From the NCBI GenBank assembly GCA_964016885.1, contig OZ024742.1, forward strand, positions 68,014,001 to 68,078,000: DNA of 64,000 nt. The letters are read 5' to 3'. The position numbers and the translations under genes are program-made. Numbering within the stretch: the stretch's first letter is position 1; every line of letters starts with the position of its first letter. The DNA comes from Eledone cirrhosa (Eukaryota). Below, in pieces: positions 29,573 through 44,155 of the stretch. The notes beneath the pieces were generated by a model, which was not told the DNA's origin, made no database searches, and saw only the letters and a list, made by a program, of their open reading frames with translations.

Positions 29573-31810
29573 TCTTTTAAAAGTTTCCTGAAGATATTTG
29601 CTGAAATATGGGGGGAAATGTTTGGAGAAGACCTTTAGTAAAATTTAGTAAAGTTTGAAAAAAAAAAGCGTTTCGAAGCCTATTGAAAACTCTTTATAGT
29701 AATTTTTGAGACTATATTTAATAATAATAGGAAACATCTGAGGAACATTTAAAAGAAATATTTTGGAATATTTTTATGAAAAATTTAAAAGAAATATTTC
29801 GCTGGAAGTTTGGTGAAAGATGTGTTGATATTTGAGGAATTATTTATGTAAAATGATGTTTAGGGAAAATTTGGGAAATGTTTTGAAAAATGTTGAGAAA
29901 ATCGATGAATGTTTTTATTTTTTATGGGTAACATTGACACATTTTACTTTTGCCATTCCTATTCCCTGTCTCGCTTTCCTGACCGTTAACGGCACGGCCC
30001 GCACCATCCCCACCATATCCCAATTATCTCATCAACTCTATTACAAGCAATATTGAGTTGTTTCTATTCAAACGTACGTTTGTAAAAAAAAACCTGATTT
30101 AGCGATAGATTGTAAAAAAATCATATAGTCAGTAAGAAGCAATTCTTCTAAATTTTTCCGAAAATCTAATTACAAATTTTGACGAAAGTTTCTGAAAATG
30201 AAGATTTTTCAAAAATATTCAGAAAAGTTTCATTTACTCTTTCTACAAAAACGTTTGAAAATAAATTTGAGGAAACGTTTTTGAATTTCAAAAACAATAT
30301 GGCGAAACGTTTTTGGAATCATTTCGAGTTATTTGAGAATTACTTTACGTATAATGTTTAGGGAAATGTTTGAAAAAATTTCGATGAAGATTTTTGAATA
30401 ATTGATAATTATTCAAAAATCTTCATCGAAGTTTTCTTTTAAATTATTGTCAAAATGTTCAAGGAATTTTCCTAAAAGATTTAAGTAATTTCAAAGAATA
30501 TTTATCAAACTTTTTTCGAAAAGATTTCAACAAAATTCTTTCAAAGATATTCACGAAATTTCTCAAAGGTTTTGTGTTTGTACTTAAAATGTTTCACAAA
30601 GATTTCACAAAATGAAGATATTTGAGAGCGTTCTAGAAATCTTTAAAACAAAATGTTGGTGATTTGGGGGAAATGTCTGAGATATTTGAAGAACTTTTGA
30701 AAGAAATCTATAGGGAAATAAATGTTTGAGAAACGTTTTGAAAAATTTCAAGGTGAAATTAGAGAAATCTTCAAATATTTTGAAGAATTTTTGAATGCGT
30801 TGGAGAAAAACGCTTGAAAATATTTTGATGAATGATTTTTCAAAATCTTTTACAGGCCCATGGGTATCATTGACCCATTTCACTTTCGCCTCTCCTAAAC
30901 CTGGACGGTATATTTCAAAATGTTTCTCAAAATTCTCCTCAACTTTCATAAAAACCTCTCGCCAAAACATTATAAAAAGTTTCCACAAATATTCTCTCAT
31001 ATATATTAACAATTTCTTTTTTAATTATTCTCATTTTTTTCCGAATATCTTTTTTTTTTTCTCAAAATAACTTGAAAAAATTGTATAAAGTTTTTCAAAT
31101 AATATTGAAAGTTTGATGGATGTTTGGAAAACATCTGATGAAGAGTTTCGAAAATTTTGGAGAAAAGCTTTTGAGAAAGGTTTGATGAATATTCTTTTCA
31201 ATTTTGATAAGTTTTACTTTTGCATTACCTGTTACGTTGCCGTCAGTTTCACCAGAAACATCAGCCACACATTCTCATTGTCTCCTCTATCATAGGTTCC
31301 ACTATGATCACCGAAAAAGTTAAAGTTATTTTTCAAACGCACATTTTAAACAAATAAAATTGATTTACCGATAAAGTGTAACAGAGTAAGTAGGTAGTTA
31401 GATTTGAAAGCGAGTTTAAAGTGGAGGTAATTAATGGTGCAAAACTATCAGATAATTATTGTTAAACAGTTTACCAAAATGTCATAGATATAATTGCCAA
31501 TATTTTACCAAATTTAATCTCCTCTATTCTTTCGAAAATATTTCTGAAAATTTCTATTTATTATTATTCAAAATGAATAACAAAGTTTTCTCAATAATTT
31601 CCTGATTTTATATTTTTTTAATTTTCTTTAATATTTTTCTGAAATTCACTGAACATTTTCTAAAACATTTTCACCCCTATTCTACCATGAATCTTTTCAA
31701 ATAATTTCCTTAAAATATTTTCTAATATTTAAATTTTATTTCAGAAATATTCTCAAAAACTCTTGAAATTCTCTGAAAATCAATGATATTTCTAAGATAT
31801 TCAAAAATCT
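29330..31810. repeat. Degenerate AT-rich (GAAAATTTT-like) repetitive block
   Basis: Long runs of degenerate TTTTC/GAAAA units. The motif ATTGACMCATTTYACTTTYGCC recurs at ~29930, ~30870 and, weakly, ~31210. Confidence 0.45.
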
Positions 31811-31931
31811 TTCAGATCACAGAATATGTGACCAAAGAACTTTGACAACCTTCTGGTTGTCGAACCAACCGACCAATCGGAAATTTATTATAAATTGAAG
31901 TGGAAAACAACAGGTGCGTGTGATTTTATAC

Positions 31932-32011
<80 letters not shown>

Positions 32012-32536
32012 AGGAAATTCATATATGAATATTATGTTCTGGTATTTGATTTGAACTACATTAAAAATATATATTTTGCCTATAATTTAGTAAAATTAAT
32101 TTTGTGTTTGCAAATTTGTGTTTAATTTTGTGTAAATAATTCCGCGCATAACATTGGTTATATATGGTTGTGTGTGTTCCTCTATTTGTCTATCTTTTAA
32201 GATATTCTGTTTGTTGATTGTGTATATTACTGTTATAAAAACAAGTCATGGTACTGAGAGTAATGATTGCACCCGAGGGAAAGAGTATAGCAGACAGGAT
32301 GACCATTAAGTTTTGTTAGAACGTTTAAATATACATTGGTCTTCATGGGAAATTATAAAATTTCCTTTTTTTCACTGAAATCTTTTAACATAAACTCAGA
32401 AATTAAGTCTACATTTATATATTCATAAATGTATGCACCGTCAACAACATTCTTGTAGCATCAAAGAAAGAATTGCTTTAGCTATCATTTAAATAAATAA
32501 ATATATATATATATATATATATAGGAAAATGTTTGA

Positions 32537-32630
32537 CCCCGACGGCAGAGCTCAAGCCGTTTCGACGGCTATTTCTGGACTAAATTAGAATTTTTAGCGT
32601 GGTAAATAAATAGGCGAACTTTTCAAGGGG
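32537..32630 (-). ncRNA. Type I hammerhead ribozyme, U3-A8 core variant
   Basis: CCCC-TTGAAAA-GTTCGCCTATTT..AAATAGCCGTC-GAAA-CGGC..GCCG-TC^GGGG. Confidence 0.75.
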
Positions 32631-33525
32631 AAGATTGTAGTTGCCAAGAGGATTCGTCAAAATTTTTTGTAAACACAATTAAGTCTATCATGGCAGTGGA
32701 TGGGAGGTGGAGTGGCTGAACTTGCCTGTAGAACAATTAGGAAGTGGATGGAGCCGGTCAAGCGTTGAAAATGAATTCTATACAGCAAATTCTAAGGAAT
32801 GTGTATGAAACTAGGCTAGAGGAAGTAGGCTAAAAAGGATTCAAGAGAAAATAGAGAAGGGACGTTATAGAATAGGTAAATCAATTGAGATTAGAAGATA
32901 ATAAATGAATAAGAAAAAAATATACAAAAATATAAAATTGTATAGTAAGAAGTGATAACAAATCTCTAGAGTCTATGACAGCTGCTATATTTAGTTGGTG
33001 TTGCGTTTTCGGCCAATGCTATAGAATAGGTTAATAAGTTGAGTATAGAAGATACTAAATAAATAACAAATTTATAAAATTATAGAATTGGTTAGTAAAA
33101 AGTAATACAAAATTTCTGGGGTCTAAAACAGCTGCTATAATTAGTTGGCATTTTGTTGTCGGCCAATGCTATCTATAATTTACTGGGGTGGGTGTGATGA
33201 GTCTACAAAATTTTGTATATTTTTTTCTTCTTCATTCATTATCTTCTAATCTCAATTGATTTACCTATTCTATAACGTCCCTTCTCTATTTTCTCCAGAA
33301 TACTTTTTCGCCTACTTGCTCTAGCCTGGTTTCATACACATTCCTTAGAATTTGCTGTATAGAATTCACTTTCAACGCTTGACCGGCTCCACCCACTCCC
33401 TCATTGTTCTACATGCAAGTTCAGCACCCCCACCTACCACCCACTGCCATGATAGATTTAATTGTGTTGACAAGAAATGTTGACCAATCCCCTTGACAAC
33501 GACAATCTTCTCATATAAGGAATTA

Positions 33526-33618
33526 CCCCTTGAAAAGTTCGGCTATTTATTTACCACGCTAAAAATTCTAATTTAGTCCAGAAATAGCCGTCGAAACGGC
33601 TTGAGCTCGGCCGTCGGG
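33526..33618 (+). ncRNA. Type I hammerhead ribozyme, U3-A8 core variant
   Basis: CCC-TTGAAAA-GTTCGGCTATTT..AAATAGCCGTC-GAAA-CGGC-TTGAGCTCG-GCCG-TC^GGG; GUC cleavage triplet. Confidence 0.75.
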
Positions 33619-34770
33619 ATCAAACATGTTCCTATTACCCACTCTACTACCCTAAGTATTGAGTACTCTGGTCCATCTGGTTCCTTACCACTCTTCCTAC
33701 GTTATATATATATATATTTGTTTTGCAAGGTTTTTGATTTGAAATCGTGTGTCGAAACAAATATTGTTATAATATTTCCAGAAATAATAACAGAACTCAC
33801 TGTTTGGTTTTAACCGTTGATCTATCCGTGATAAATATTGATTGCGAAATAAATTAACTATGGAGATATAAAAGATACAGAAGCGAAAACCAACCCAAAC
33901 CAAACAGTGAGTGTGTTCTGTTATTATTTCTGGCAATATTATAACAACATGACCCTCCCCAAGTATAATAATATTTGTTTCGACACACGATTTCATATCA
34001 AATTCTTGCAAAAGAAATATATATATATATACCGTATATATATAAATATATATATATATTTATTTATTTATTTATTTATTTAATCATTTATTTAAATGAT
34101 CGCTAAAGCAATTCTTTCTTTGATGCTACAAGAATGTTGTTGCCGGTGCATACATTTATGAATATATAAATGTAGACTTAATTTCTGAGTTTATGTTAAA
34201 ATACTTCAGTGAAAAAATGAAAATTTTATAATTTCCCATGAAGACCAATGTATATTTAAACGTTCTAACAAAACTTAATGGTCATCCTGTCTGCTATACT
34301 CTTTCCCTCAGGTGCAATCATTACCCTCAGTACCATGACTTGTTTTTATTACAGTAATATACACAATCAACAAACAGAATATCTTAAAAGATAGACAAAT
34401 AGATGAACACACACAACCATATATAACCAATGTTATGCGCGGAATTATTTACACAAAATTAAACACAAATTTGCAAACACAAAATTAATTTCACTAAATT
34501 ATAGGCAAAATATATATTTTGAATGTAGTTCAAAACAAATACCAGAACATAATATACATATATGTATTTCCTTAAACATTTACCATATACATACATGAAT
34601 ATGAGTGTGGCACCAACATACATAAATACACAATAGCAGGAGCAATACATATATTGATATAATGAATGAGAATTAATCGATTTGAAGAAAGTCGTCAAAT
34701 ACTAATACTGTTACTCTTGCTCGTACGACAGCTACTTTTACTGCTGCTACTGCTGCTGCTCTTGCTGTTA

Positions 34771-34803
<33 letters not shown>

Positions 34804-34822
34804 ATACTACTACTACTACTAC

Positions 34823-34868
<46 letters not shown>

Positions 34869-35049
34869 ATTACTACTATTATACTACTACTACTATACTA
34901 CCACTACCAAAGTCTTCAGTCCTTTCAATCATATCCACCACACAATCTATTTTGCTACAGCCACCAAAAAAAGGAAAACTGCTTACCCTATCGGGCCAAT
35001 AGTAGGCTACGGGGGGATCTTCATGAAAGGAGCCATTCGATAGCGAATT

Positions 35050-35680
35050 TGTTCTAGAATAGATAATAGCTCTTTGACAAACCTCCGCAAGTCAGCAATA
35101 CTCGGACACTAGAACTGCATGCAGAATAGTTTACTCACTCTATGCGCATCTCGGACAGGTCTGCTTGACTGTACTTCCGTGCCTGTAGAATTTGCCTCGA
35201 ACAAGCGGTGCTCCCCTGTGGAGTTTCCAAGCCAGGAATTCTTGGAAATTGCCCATAGTTCCCGGCTCGAAAGTCGTCTGGAACAGACTGGGTAGTTCGT
35301 TCTCATCAACGCATAGAGTCTCTCGAAATGGGTTGTTGCACTTGTCCACCATGCCAGAATATGATTTCTGGCTGGAAAAGAACTGTGAGCATCTGATAAT
35401 AATTCCGATGCCAGACACCCATTTATGGTCCTCGCTTGACCCATGACGCATCTCAGTCAAAGAATATACCTGTCCCACAAACGGCGACCACACATGTTCA
35501 TGATTTAGAAAGATCGAGATGCCGTAGCGTGTTTGTGTATCATCAGCCAGGACTGAAATAATATTTAAAACATTTTCTCAAGAATTGTTGCGGGACCATT
35601 TGGCTGGTTAGGACGAATATTGATCAGTCATGGCAGATCCAGTAGCTGCAGCTGAAGATAAAAGAGTCATGGCAAAATGT
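35050..35680 (-). pseudogene. L1/Tx1-like LINE C-terminal fragment
   Basis: LAWKLHRGAPLVRGKFYRHG...TCPRC resembles the Tx1 zf-RVT/CCHC region. Confidence 0.5.
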
Positions 35681-36348
35681 GGATTGAGCAGTAATCTTTT
35701 TAGAGTATACACGGTACTTCGATCCTAGAAATGCTACAGATAGATAAGATTGCACCAGTAATCGGAACACAGTTAAAACATATCAATAAATAGCAAACAA
35801 TTTTGTAAACAAAGACAAACGGAACATTAATAAAGGGAATTAAACAATATCAGATTAGAAATGTTCCAAAAACATACCTGTTATACTTATTTTCAGTCTA
35901 GAATCGATACTTTTAAGCGACGTTCTAAACACGATGTACTTTGGATACACATTCTGTGGCAACATTTTTTGAATATTGGTGACCTCAAGTTATACGAAAC
36001 AGATAAATACCCAGCAGGATATAATGCTACAAACAATACATGAATTTAAGAGAACAAGTTTAGAAAGTTGTGACAATGCGATCTTAAACCGAATATCTAT
36101 TAAGAACACAAATATCACGCTAGATAAAATAATATTCAGGGCGTAGGTATATGATTGTGCTTGATTGTATGGTCATGTATCTATTTATATGGAGCAAAAA
36201 TAATATTCAGGAATCAAAGGGATTGACGTTGTGCAATACAGTCCAAGGATATAAAATACGAAGAAATAATATTATAGACCGATTGTAATAGATATCAATA
36301 TACTAGTAATAAATCCTAGGTATAATATTCTCAATTACACAATAATTA

Positions 36349-36833
36349 TCTAAACTATAATAAAGTAAGAAGCGCGGGATTGCGTATGGTTTATAATTTT
36401 TATCCCTTTTTTATCCAAAATAAGTTGGATTACTTTGAATAAATAATGAATGAATATTACATAATTTATCTACTAAATTTCGTGGCTATTCATTAAATAT
36501 ATATTATTATTTATTTAAAGATTCACTTCTTTAAAATGTTCAAATGTCAACACTTCCGGTGGCGATCGCTTAAATAAATACTCATATATTTCCGTCACTA
36601 ATTTTCTCCTAATGCAGTTTATATATAATATCGTCTTTTTTTTAATGTATCATGGATTACATTACCGAGTAAATAAGACAGTTTAACACAGTCTTCGTTC
36701 AATTTCTGTGTATATTGTCAATTACGATTTTATTTGATGTATCATATCTACATGCATATATACTTGCGTATAATATCAATATACACACTACACATACTAG
36801 CAGAAAACCACCGAAGGGTGGTTTTTCTGCTAG
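36349..36833 (+). mobile_element. Non-autonomous Helitron-like element
   Basis: A|TC start, 3' hairpin plus CTAG|T; paralog of 18685-19165. Confidence 0.75.
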
Positions 36834-37452
36834 TATGTGTAGTGTGTATCTTGAGGATATGCTAGTATATGTAGTGTGTATCTTTATCATGTATATGATG
36901 GTGCTGCAGTGCTAATATTCAGGATTATAGTGGTGATGACAATGATGATGACACCGATAGTACTGATGGGGAGGGTGAGGATGGGGATTAGAATTGTATG
37001 TATGAGGAGAGGGGTAAGGTTTGTGTTCATGATGATATAGTGATGGCCGGGCGTAGGTATATGATTGTGCTTGATTGTATGGTCATGTATCTATTTATAT
37101 GGAGCAAAAATTAATGGAGAAAATAAACAAGCTATTGAAGTAAACCAAATGAAAATGAAAATATAATAGAATGTGTGAAAGGGTGGATTGAGAAAAACAA
37201 CATCATCATCATCAAGAATGCTATCACAACACTATTCTATTCAATTGTTACGTATATCATCACTACACACAGCAATATTAAGATTATATTTTTTTTTTGA
37301 AATGAATAAAACATCTAACGCTGGTGAAGAGCTGTAAAAGCAGCTTTAGAAAATCGGGTAAAATACCTCCGTCAGCGTCAGATCAATAGACTTAAATTGC
37401 TCTTTACCTGGGATGATTTTGCCCACCTATATATATATATATATATATATAT

Positions 37453-37742
37453 AACGAAGGAGATGTGGTAAGGAACCAGGTAGACCATAACGCACCAAAG
37501 TACTCAATACTTAGGTAGTAGAGTGGGTATTAGGAACGAGTAGGATCCCGACGGCTGAGCTCAAGCCGTTTCGACGGCTAATTCTGGACACTGAGTCCAG
37601 AATTAGCCGTCAAAACGGCTTGAGCTCAGCCGTCGGGGTCCTACCCGTTCCTCTATATATATATTTATATATATATATATATATATAAATATATATATAG
37701 AGGAACGGGTAGGACCCCGACGGCTGAGCTCAAGCCGTTTTG
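37453..37742. mobile_element. Multiply inverted fragments of the U3-A8 HHR family
   Basis: Tail plus half-HHR (-) at 37453-37590, half-HHR (+) at 37594-37652, (TA)n, then half-HHR (-) at 37699-37742. Confidence 0.8.
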
Positions 37743-38402
37743 AGGAGCAGTTTAGGTATGATACATTTTATTACTAATTATATCTAAATGTTTCTTCTCT
37801 CTTCATAATGTATTTTTAACTCTGATACTGGTTCAGTCTGGTTCAACAGAATTGGTCTGTCCCAGTCATTCATTGAGCAACATCGGTGAAGTTGGCACCC
37901 TTAACTCACAGTTGGGTGCGGATGCATTCATGTATATATGTGTGTGTCCGCATGTATCTGTGTGTTTCTAAATATATTGTTAATAACTCCCTCTGGTCGA
38001 GCAATCTTTGAAGTGTGGGGACAGCTGGATAGCTTCCATTACTCATACTTCTCGCCTTCTTCGCCACCTCTTCTACGGCCTCGATATAAATACCCCCTCC
38101 GCCTCCGTGGTATTTTCTTCGGGGTTATAAGAGGCTTAGCTCTGTTTCTCGACCGTTATATCGCGTGACTATCTCCCCCTCCGCCTTTTGGGATTCTTTC
38201 TCACGTCGTGTGGACGCGTTCTTGAGACTAGTAAAATGAGGTATCCTCTTGATAAGTCGGCAGACCTCGCAGGGACTCTATATCTTTATGATATATTGTT
38301 TTTGTTTATGCCACGAAACTACGTAATCGAGGAATTTAGGAGCAGTTTAGGTATGATACATTTTATTACTAATTATATCTAAATGTTTCTTCTCTCTTCA
38401 TA

Positions 38403-38408
<6 letters not shown>
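37742..38408 (+). mobile_element. Non-autonomous element with ~70-bp direct terminal repeat (~595-bp unit) and one HHR
   Basis: AGGAGCAGTTTAGGTATGATAC...CATAATGTAT occurs at ~37743-37812 and ~38338-38408; the element ends in (TA)n. Confidence 0.75.
38244..38333 (+). ncRNA. Type I hammerhead ribozyme, U3-A8 core variant
   Basis: TCCTC-TTGATAA-GTCGGCA..TGCCAC-GAAA-CTACGTAA-TC^GAGGA; perfect 5-bp stem I. Confidence 0.7.
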
Positions 38409-38470
<62 letters not shown>

Positions 38471-39650
38471 TACGACACAAATGGAACTAGAGGAGTAAGG
38501 AGCAGACAGTTGAACAGCATGAGAGTTTAAAATAGGAAGCAAATTATTTCACTACAGGGCCATGGTCGCGCCTATATATATATTAACATTATATAATGTC
38601 ATCACATTTATCAAGCATTAAATATTCTTCAATATCAACTCAATAATATCGTATATTGTATTTCTCATTTGGCATCATTTATCTTTCCTGTCTTGTTTTT
38701 GTTGTCCTTGATGGTGTTGTTGTGAATTATATTCATGTTGTTTGACTTGTGATACTGCCAGTGTTTTTCATGTCTTTACTGATATGGTGTTATGTTTCAT
38801 CATTCTCTTCATCTTTCTATCTCTCTCTTTCTCTCAAGTACACACACTTTATCTCTCAGTTTTCTCATCTTGGATTTCCTTTTATATTCTAAATATCTTT
38901 ATTTAGTCACAATTGTTTGTTTCTATTTTGATAAATCCGCCATATTGCCAACCAGATGTCAATGTTGAAGCCAACAATCTCTGATTTACCAATAATCATA
39001 ACAATAATGATTTGGATTAAGATTTGATCCCTCATTTTGTTTGATTGTCGACAACACACGATACATTGTCTTAACACTTAGATCACGCTCAATAAATATC
39101 AGAACAGACGTTCTGTCGCATGAACACACAGACAGAAGAAATGACACGGTCTAACATGCCGCATGAATTCTATTCAACTGAATATATACGTCTAGAAATA
39201 TGTCAGTTAATATATACATGAGTAGATCTTTCATTATTTCTCTTTTCGAAAATCCTTTTCAATATGTGTGTAGTCTCTCTATTTCTTTCTCACTCCTCAC
39301 CTTCTTTTTCTAGTTCCATCCAACAAACATTCCCCATGTTTCCAATACAATGTGGTTGAATTACTGGCTGTGACATGAGGTAAAGATCCCGGCAATCGTA
39401 AACTCCTGGTACTAAGGACAAGGCACTAGTCAGGCCTGTTGTCAAACATTGAAAAGGTGAATTTCATCTTGTGTTTTTGCTGCAGTAGCAGCTGCTCTAA
39501 CAAGAAACCTCACACGTACATTTAACTGTCACATCTATAAAATGGTGTATGTTCTACTTTACACCTCAAAGCATAGTTGTTCACTTTTCCATCGGTATAT
39601 ATATATATATTTATTTATAAGTAGAAAATACACCGAAAATCAAAACACAG

Positions 39651-39683
<33 letters not shown>

Positions 39684-39726
39684 GACACAGACACATACAG
39701 TCACACACAGACACAGACACATACAG

Positions 39727-39788
<62 letters not shown>

Positions 39789-39824
39789 CCACCGACCCCC
39801 CCCCCCCACACACACACACATACA

Positions 39825-39870
<46 letters not shown>

Positions 39871-41070
39871 CAGGTTCCGGACAGTATTTGAGGTGAGGAC
39901 AGATTTATGGCTTTAAAAAAACGCTTATATAATAACAGAAAAAATCTGTATTCTTATAAAAATAACATAAACATCAATCTAGATTATTAATTTAATAATT
40001 TCATTCAATAAAACCACCATAAGCATCAATAACTGTCTCTACGTGGGGTCGAAATAATTTACAAGCTCGGATTAAGTGGTCCTGGTTAACATCGGACGGA
40101 CTCGAACTATTGCGGCTTTCAAAGAATCTTTGGTGCTATGGGAGTGTTCATTGATATTTTTCTCAACGATGCTCCATACATAATAGTCCAGTGGATTAAG
40201 ATCTGGAGAATTAGGAGGGCAAATGTTGGGGTGATGTGATCATGCAAATTCTCGGCCATCCATTCTTGTGTCATTTGAGACTTGTGGGATGGTGCAGAAT
40301 CTTGTTGAAAGATATAAGGCCTTCCATTGCATACACTGTTGATCCAAGTCTTAACAACTTTATCCAGAACCTCAATATATCAGCATTCACCCTAAGGCCT
40401 TGTGGAATAAGTGAGGAGGATCACATGCCCTTTATTGCAAACAACACCTCAAACCATGACACTTGCAGGAAATTGTGTATGGAATACCTCAGAAGGGTCT
40501 GCACATAGCCACCTGTCATTTCTTCTGTTAGTTTTCTGGTCCTGGTCAAAGTTTTTCAAGTTTGTTCAAAAGTCTTTTGGATCTGATTAAACGGTTTTCT
40601 TTAGTTTTTTCTGACATGAATTAACCTCTCCTCACCACGTAAAATTTGTATCTGATGTCTTCATGCACAACATTTCTGGTTGTTTTTTCTGACAAACCAA
40701 ATTTTTTTGCAATTGACCTCATTGATTTTCCTGGATTGTCATCAATGTTTTGCTTAACTTCCTGTATAAATTCAGGTGTCCTGATAGAATCAGAGCATTT
40801 GGAATGTTGTTTACGTGTTGATACAGGTAATACACTTCCATCTTTCTCTAACTCACAATCTTGTGGATAAAAGATCTTGCAATTTTCAGAAAACGAGAAA
40901 TTTCTAAATCACCATGCTTAGCTTTCAAAATCACAATCACAACATGCCTTTTCCTTTCATTACTAAGCCTAGTTATTTTGATTGTTATTTTTTTAAATAG
41001 AAGTTCAATAAAAATTAGTCAATTAAAATAATGACTAAAAATGCATGTGTCCTCAAATGCCGTCCGCAGC

Positions 41071-41073
<3 letters not shown>
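39871..41073 (-). mobile_element. Decayed Tc1/mariner-superfamily DNA transposon (maT/DD37D-like)
   Basis: Imperfect TIRs CAGGTTCCGGACAGTATTTGAGG / CCTCAAATGCCGTCCGCAGCCTG, flanked by TA. The minus strand encodes PPNSPDLNPLDYYVW. Confidence 0.85.
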
Positions 41074-41148
<75 letters not shown>

Positions 41149-42223
41149 ATATATATATATATATGTATGTATAAAGTTTTGTTTGTGCTAAAATGTAAGG
41201 GAATGCGAGTATATATTCCAGCGTCCCCCTTAGTTATACTGAACGTATGCTTCCTTTCCCAAAATTTAGTCAAGAACGTTAATATATTATTACTACCTCG
41301 AGCAACGACAGCTAAACCATCAATACAGAATAATGACTCCATTAAGATCTCTACATAATATTTTTTCGAATTATCATTTGTTTCTATAGCTATATTCATC
41401 TTCAATGATTTTTTCTTTGTTAATTTTATTGATATAATTTTATTGCATCTCTCTCATAACAGTTGCATCTTCGAAAGATGCAACTCTGCAATTATTTACT
41501 TCTAAAGACTATTTATTATATACCTTGGTTTCATTCTTATCAAACATTTGTTTTAGAAATAATTTTATTCTTCATAGGAGTACGTGTATTTATGTATTTA
41601 TATTTATATAAGTTGTTTTATGTTATTATAATCCATTAGAGTGTTTTACAGGTAGCTATGACAGCATCGTTTCCTCTTTCAAGTGTTAAATATTGATGCT
41701 ATAAATAGAAACCCATGCAGAGCATATGAGCACTTACCTGATGAAATGCAGATCTCAAAATGAAGTTTGAATACCTACTCAACTTACTAAACATTTACGG
41801 AACAACAAATTCAAAACATCTTTTTATAAATGTTCAATGGATGCTCCAAATATACAGCAAGTGGTACCATCAAGAAATAGAGAACTAGACTGTAACAGCT
41901 CAACTAAATGAGATTCGAAAATACACATAGGGAAATTCGGGTTTCACTACTCTTTCAACCAAAAATACATTTATATCTTCATAAGTCCCCTAAAAGACGA
42001 CAGCGCTAGGCTCCAATTATAAACAATGTTTTATGTTTATATTTTCTGATTCTAGACGTAATCAGTGTGTTATTCGTCTTTCTGACCTTCTCACAACAAT
42101 TATGCATCAACTTATACAGCTTCATATGCAAATGAGATTAATCGCCTTATTTACACGGATGAAAGAACTATATATTTTTGCCTGTTTTCAAAGACCGGCA
42201 GTTACAAGGGCGGAAGAGATCGT

Positions 42224-43087
<864 letters not shown>

Positions 43088-43093
43088 TATATA

Positions 43094-43164
<71 letters not shown>

Positions 43165-44155
43165 GTGCCCTTGCTTCCACTAAGTTTGGTTAATGACAAG
43201 ATCTGTTCCAGCTGCATTTTTTTAATAATGTTTACATAATTTGCGCCTGGTTAGGATATAGATGTGTGGCAAGGATGGCATTTTGAATTACAAGTACAGT
43301 CTATCGTGTATCATCGTTTGAATGGCTGAGCATTCCACAGACGTATGCATCGTTAATATAGTTTTCAAGGAGATTCAGTATGACAAAATTTGTAACAATG
43401 TTTCTTCCCTTGAATAACGTGAAAATAGATAGATTCAGTGATTGTTAAATAGCTACTGAAATAAAGAGATAAGTAACTAGCGGCATACATATCAAGTGTA
43501 TAGATATCAAGTATATGATGTTTACTCAAAAATACATTAACATGTAATTCCTCACCATTTTGCAACAACACACTCACAAACTGCACACATACGCACACAC
43601 GAATACGCACACACACATACACACATTGAAACATGCAAAAAGTGAGACATATATAGATATATACGTACACAGACACACATCACTTCGGAGAAACATAAAC
43701 ATGTATATGTACTTATACGGAGAATCTCAGACACATAGACTCCCGAGTAGAAATACGACTTTTACTGTGGACAGTAAATATTTGATGTAATGTTGAGACT
43801 AATATCATGGTTTGTTTGTTTCCAAATGTTTGATATTTCCTTAGTATAAACAGTTCTGTTTACTGAAAAGACTTTAAATATACAAATATATATACAAATG
43901 AAACTTATTAACAAAGTATAGCATATACAACAGACGAATGGCGTAAAATGAAGACCCACTTGACAACAACTGACATCATGTTATATTCAAAACAATACAA
44001 ATTGAAACATCGTTATTTAATAGGTGTTTCGATTTCAATTTGATGAGGAAACACTCCCTTTTCTACAGGAGTGTTTGTTTTGATGTTAGACAATGATTTT
44101 ACGGTATTTGAAACATTGCTAAATTTGTTGGTAGTTGTAGTTATTATTATTAACA

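Larger units (their letters stand above)
32523..33702 (+). mobile_element. Non-autonomous PLE-like cassette with inverted arms (32523-32940 / 33205-33633) and two U3-A8 HHRs
   Basis: Arms are reverse complements; (TA)n at both ends; the 3' tail CTACTACCCTAAGTATTGAGTACT is shared with other copies. Confidence 0.8.
32008..34576. repeat. Nested inverted repeat: outer arms 32008-32497 / 34088-34576
   Basis: ~490-bp arms are near reverse complements. They enclose (TA)n runs and two further inverted cassettes. Confidence 0.9.

Noticed and set aside
41735-41770. CTGATGA-containing candidate HHR
   Set aside because: No correctly placed GAAA or pairing stems.
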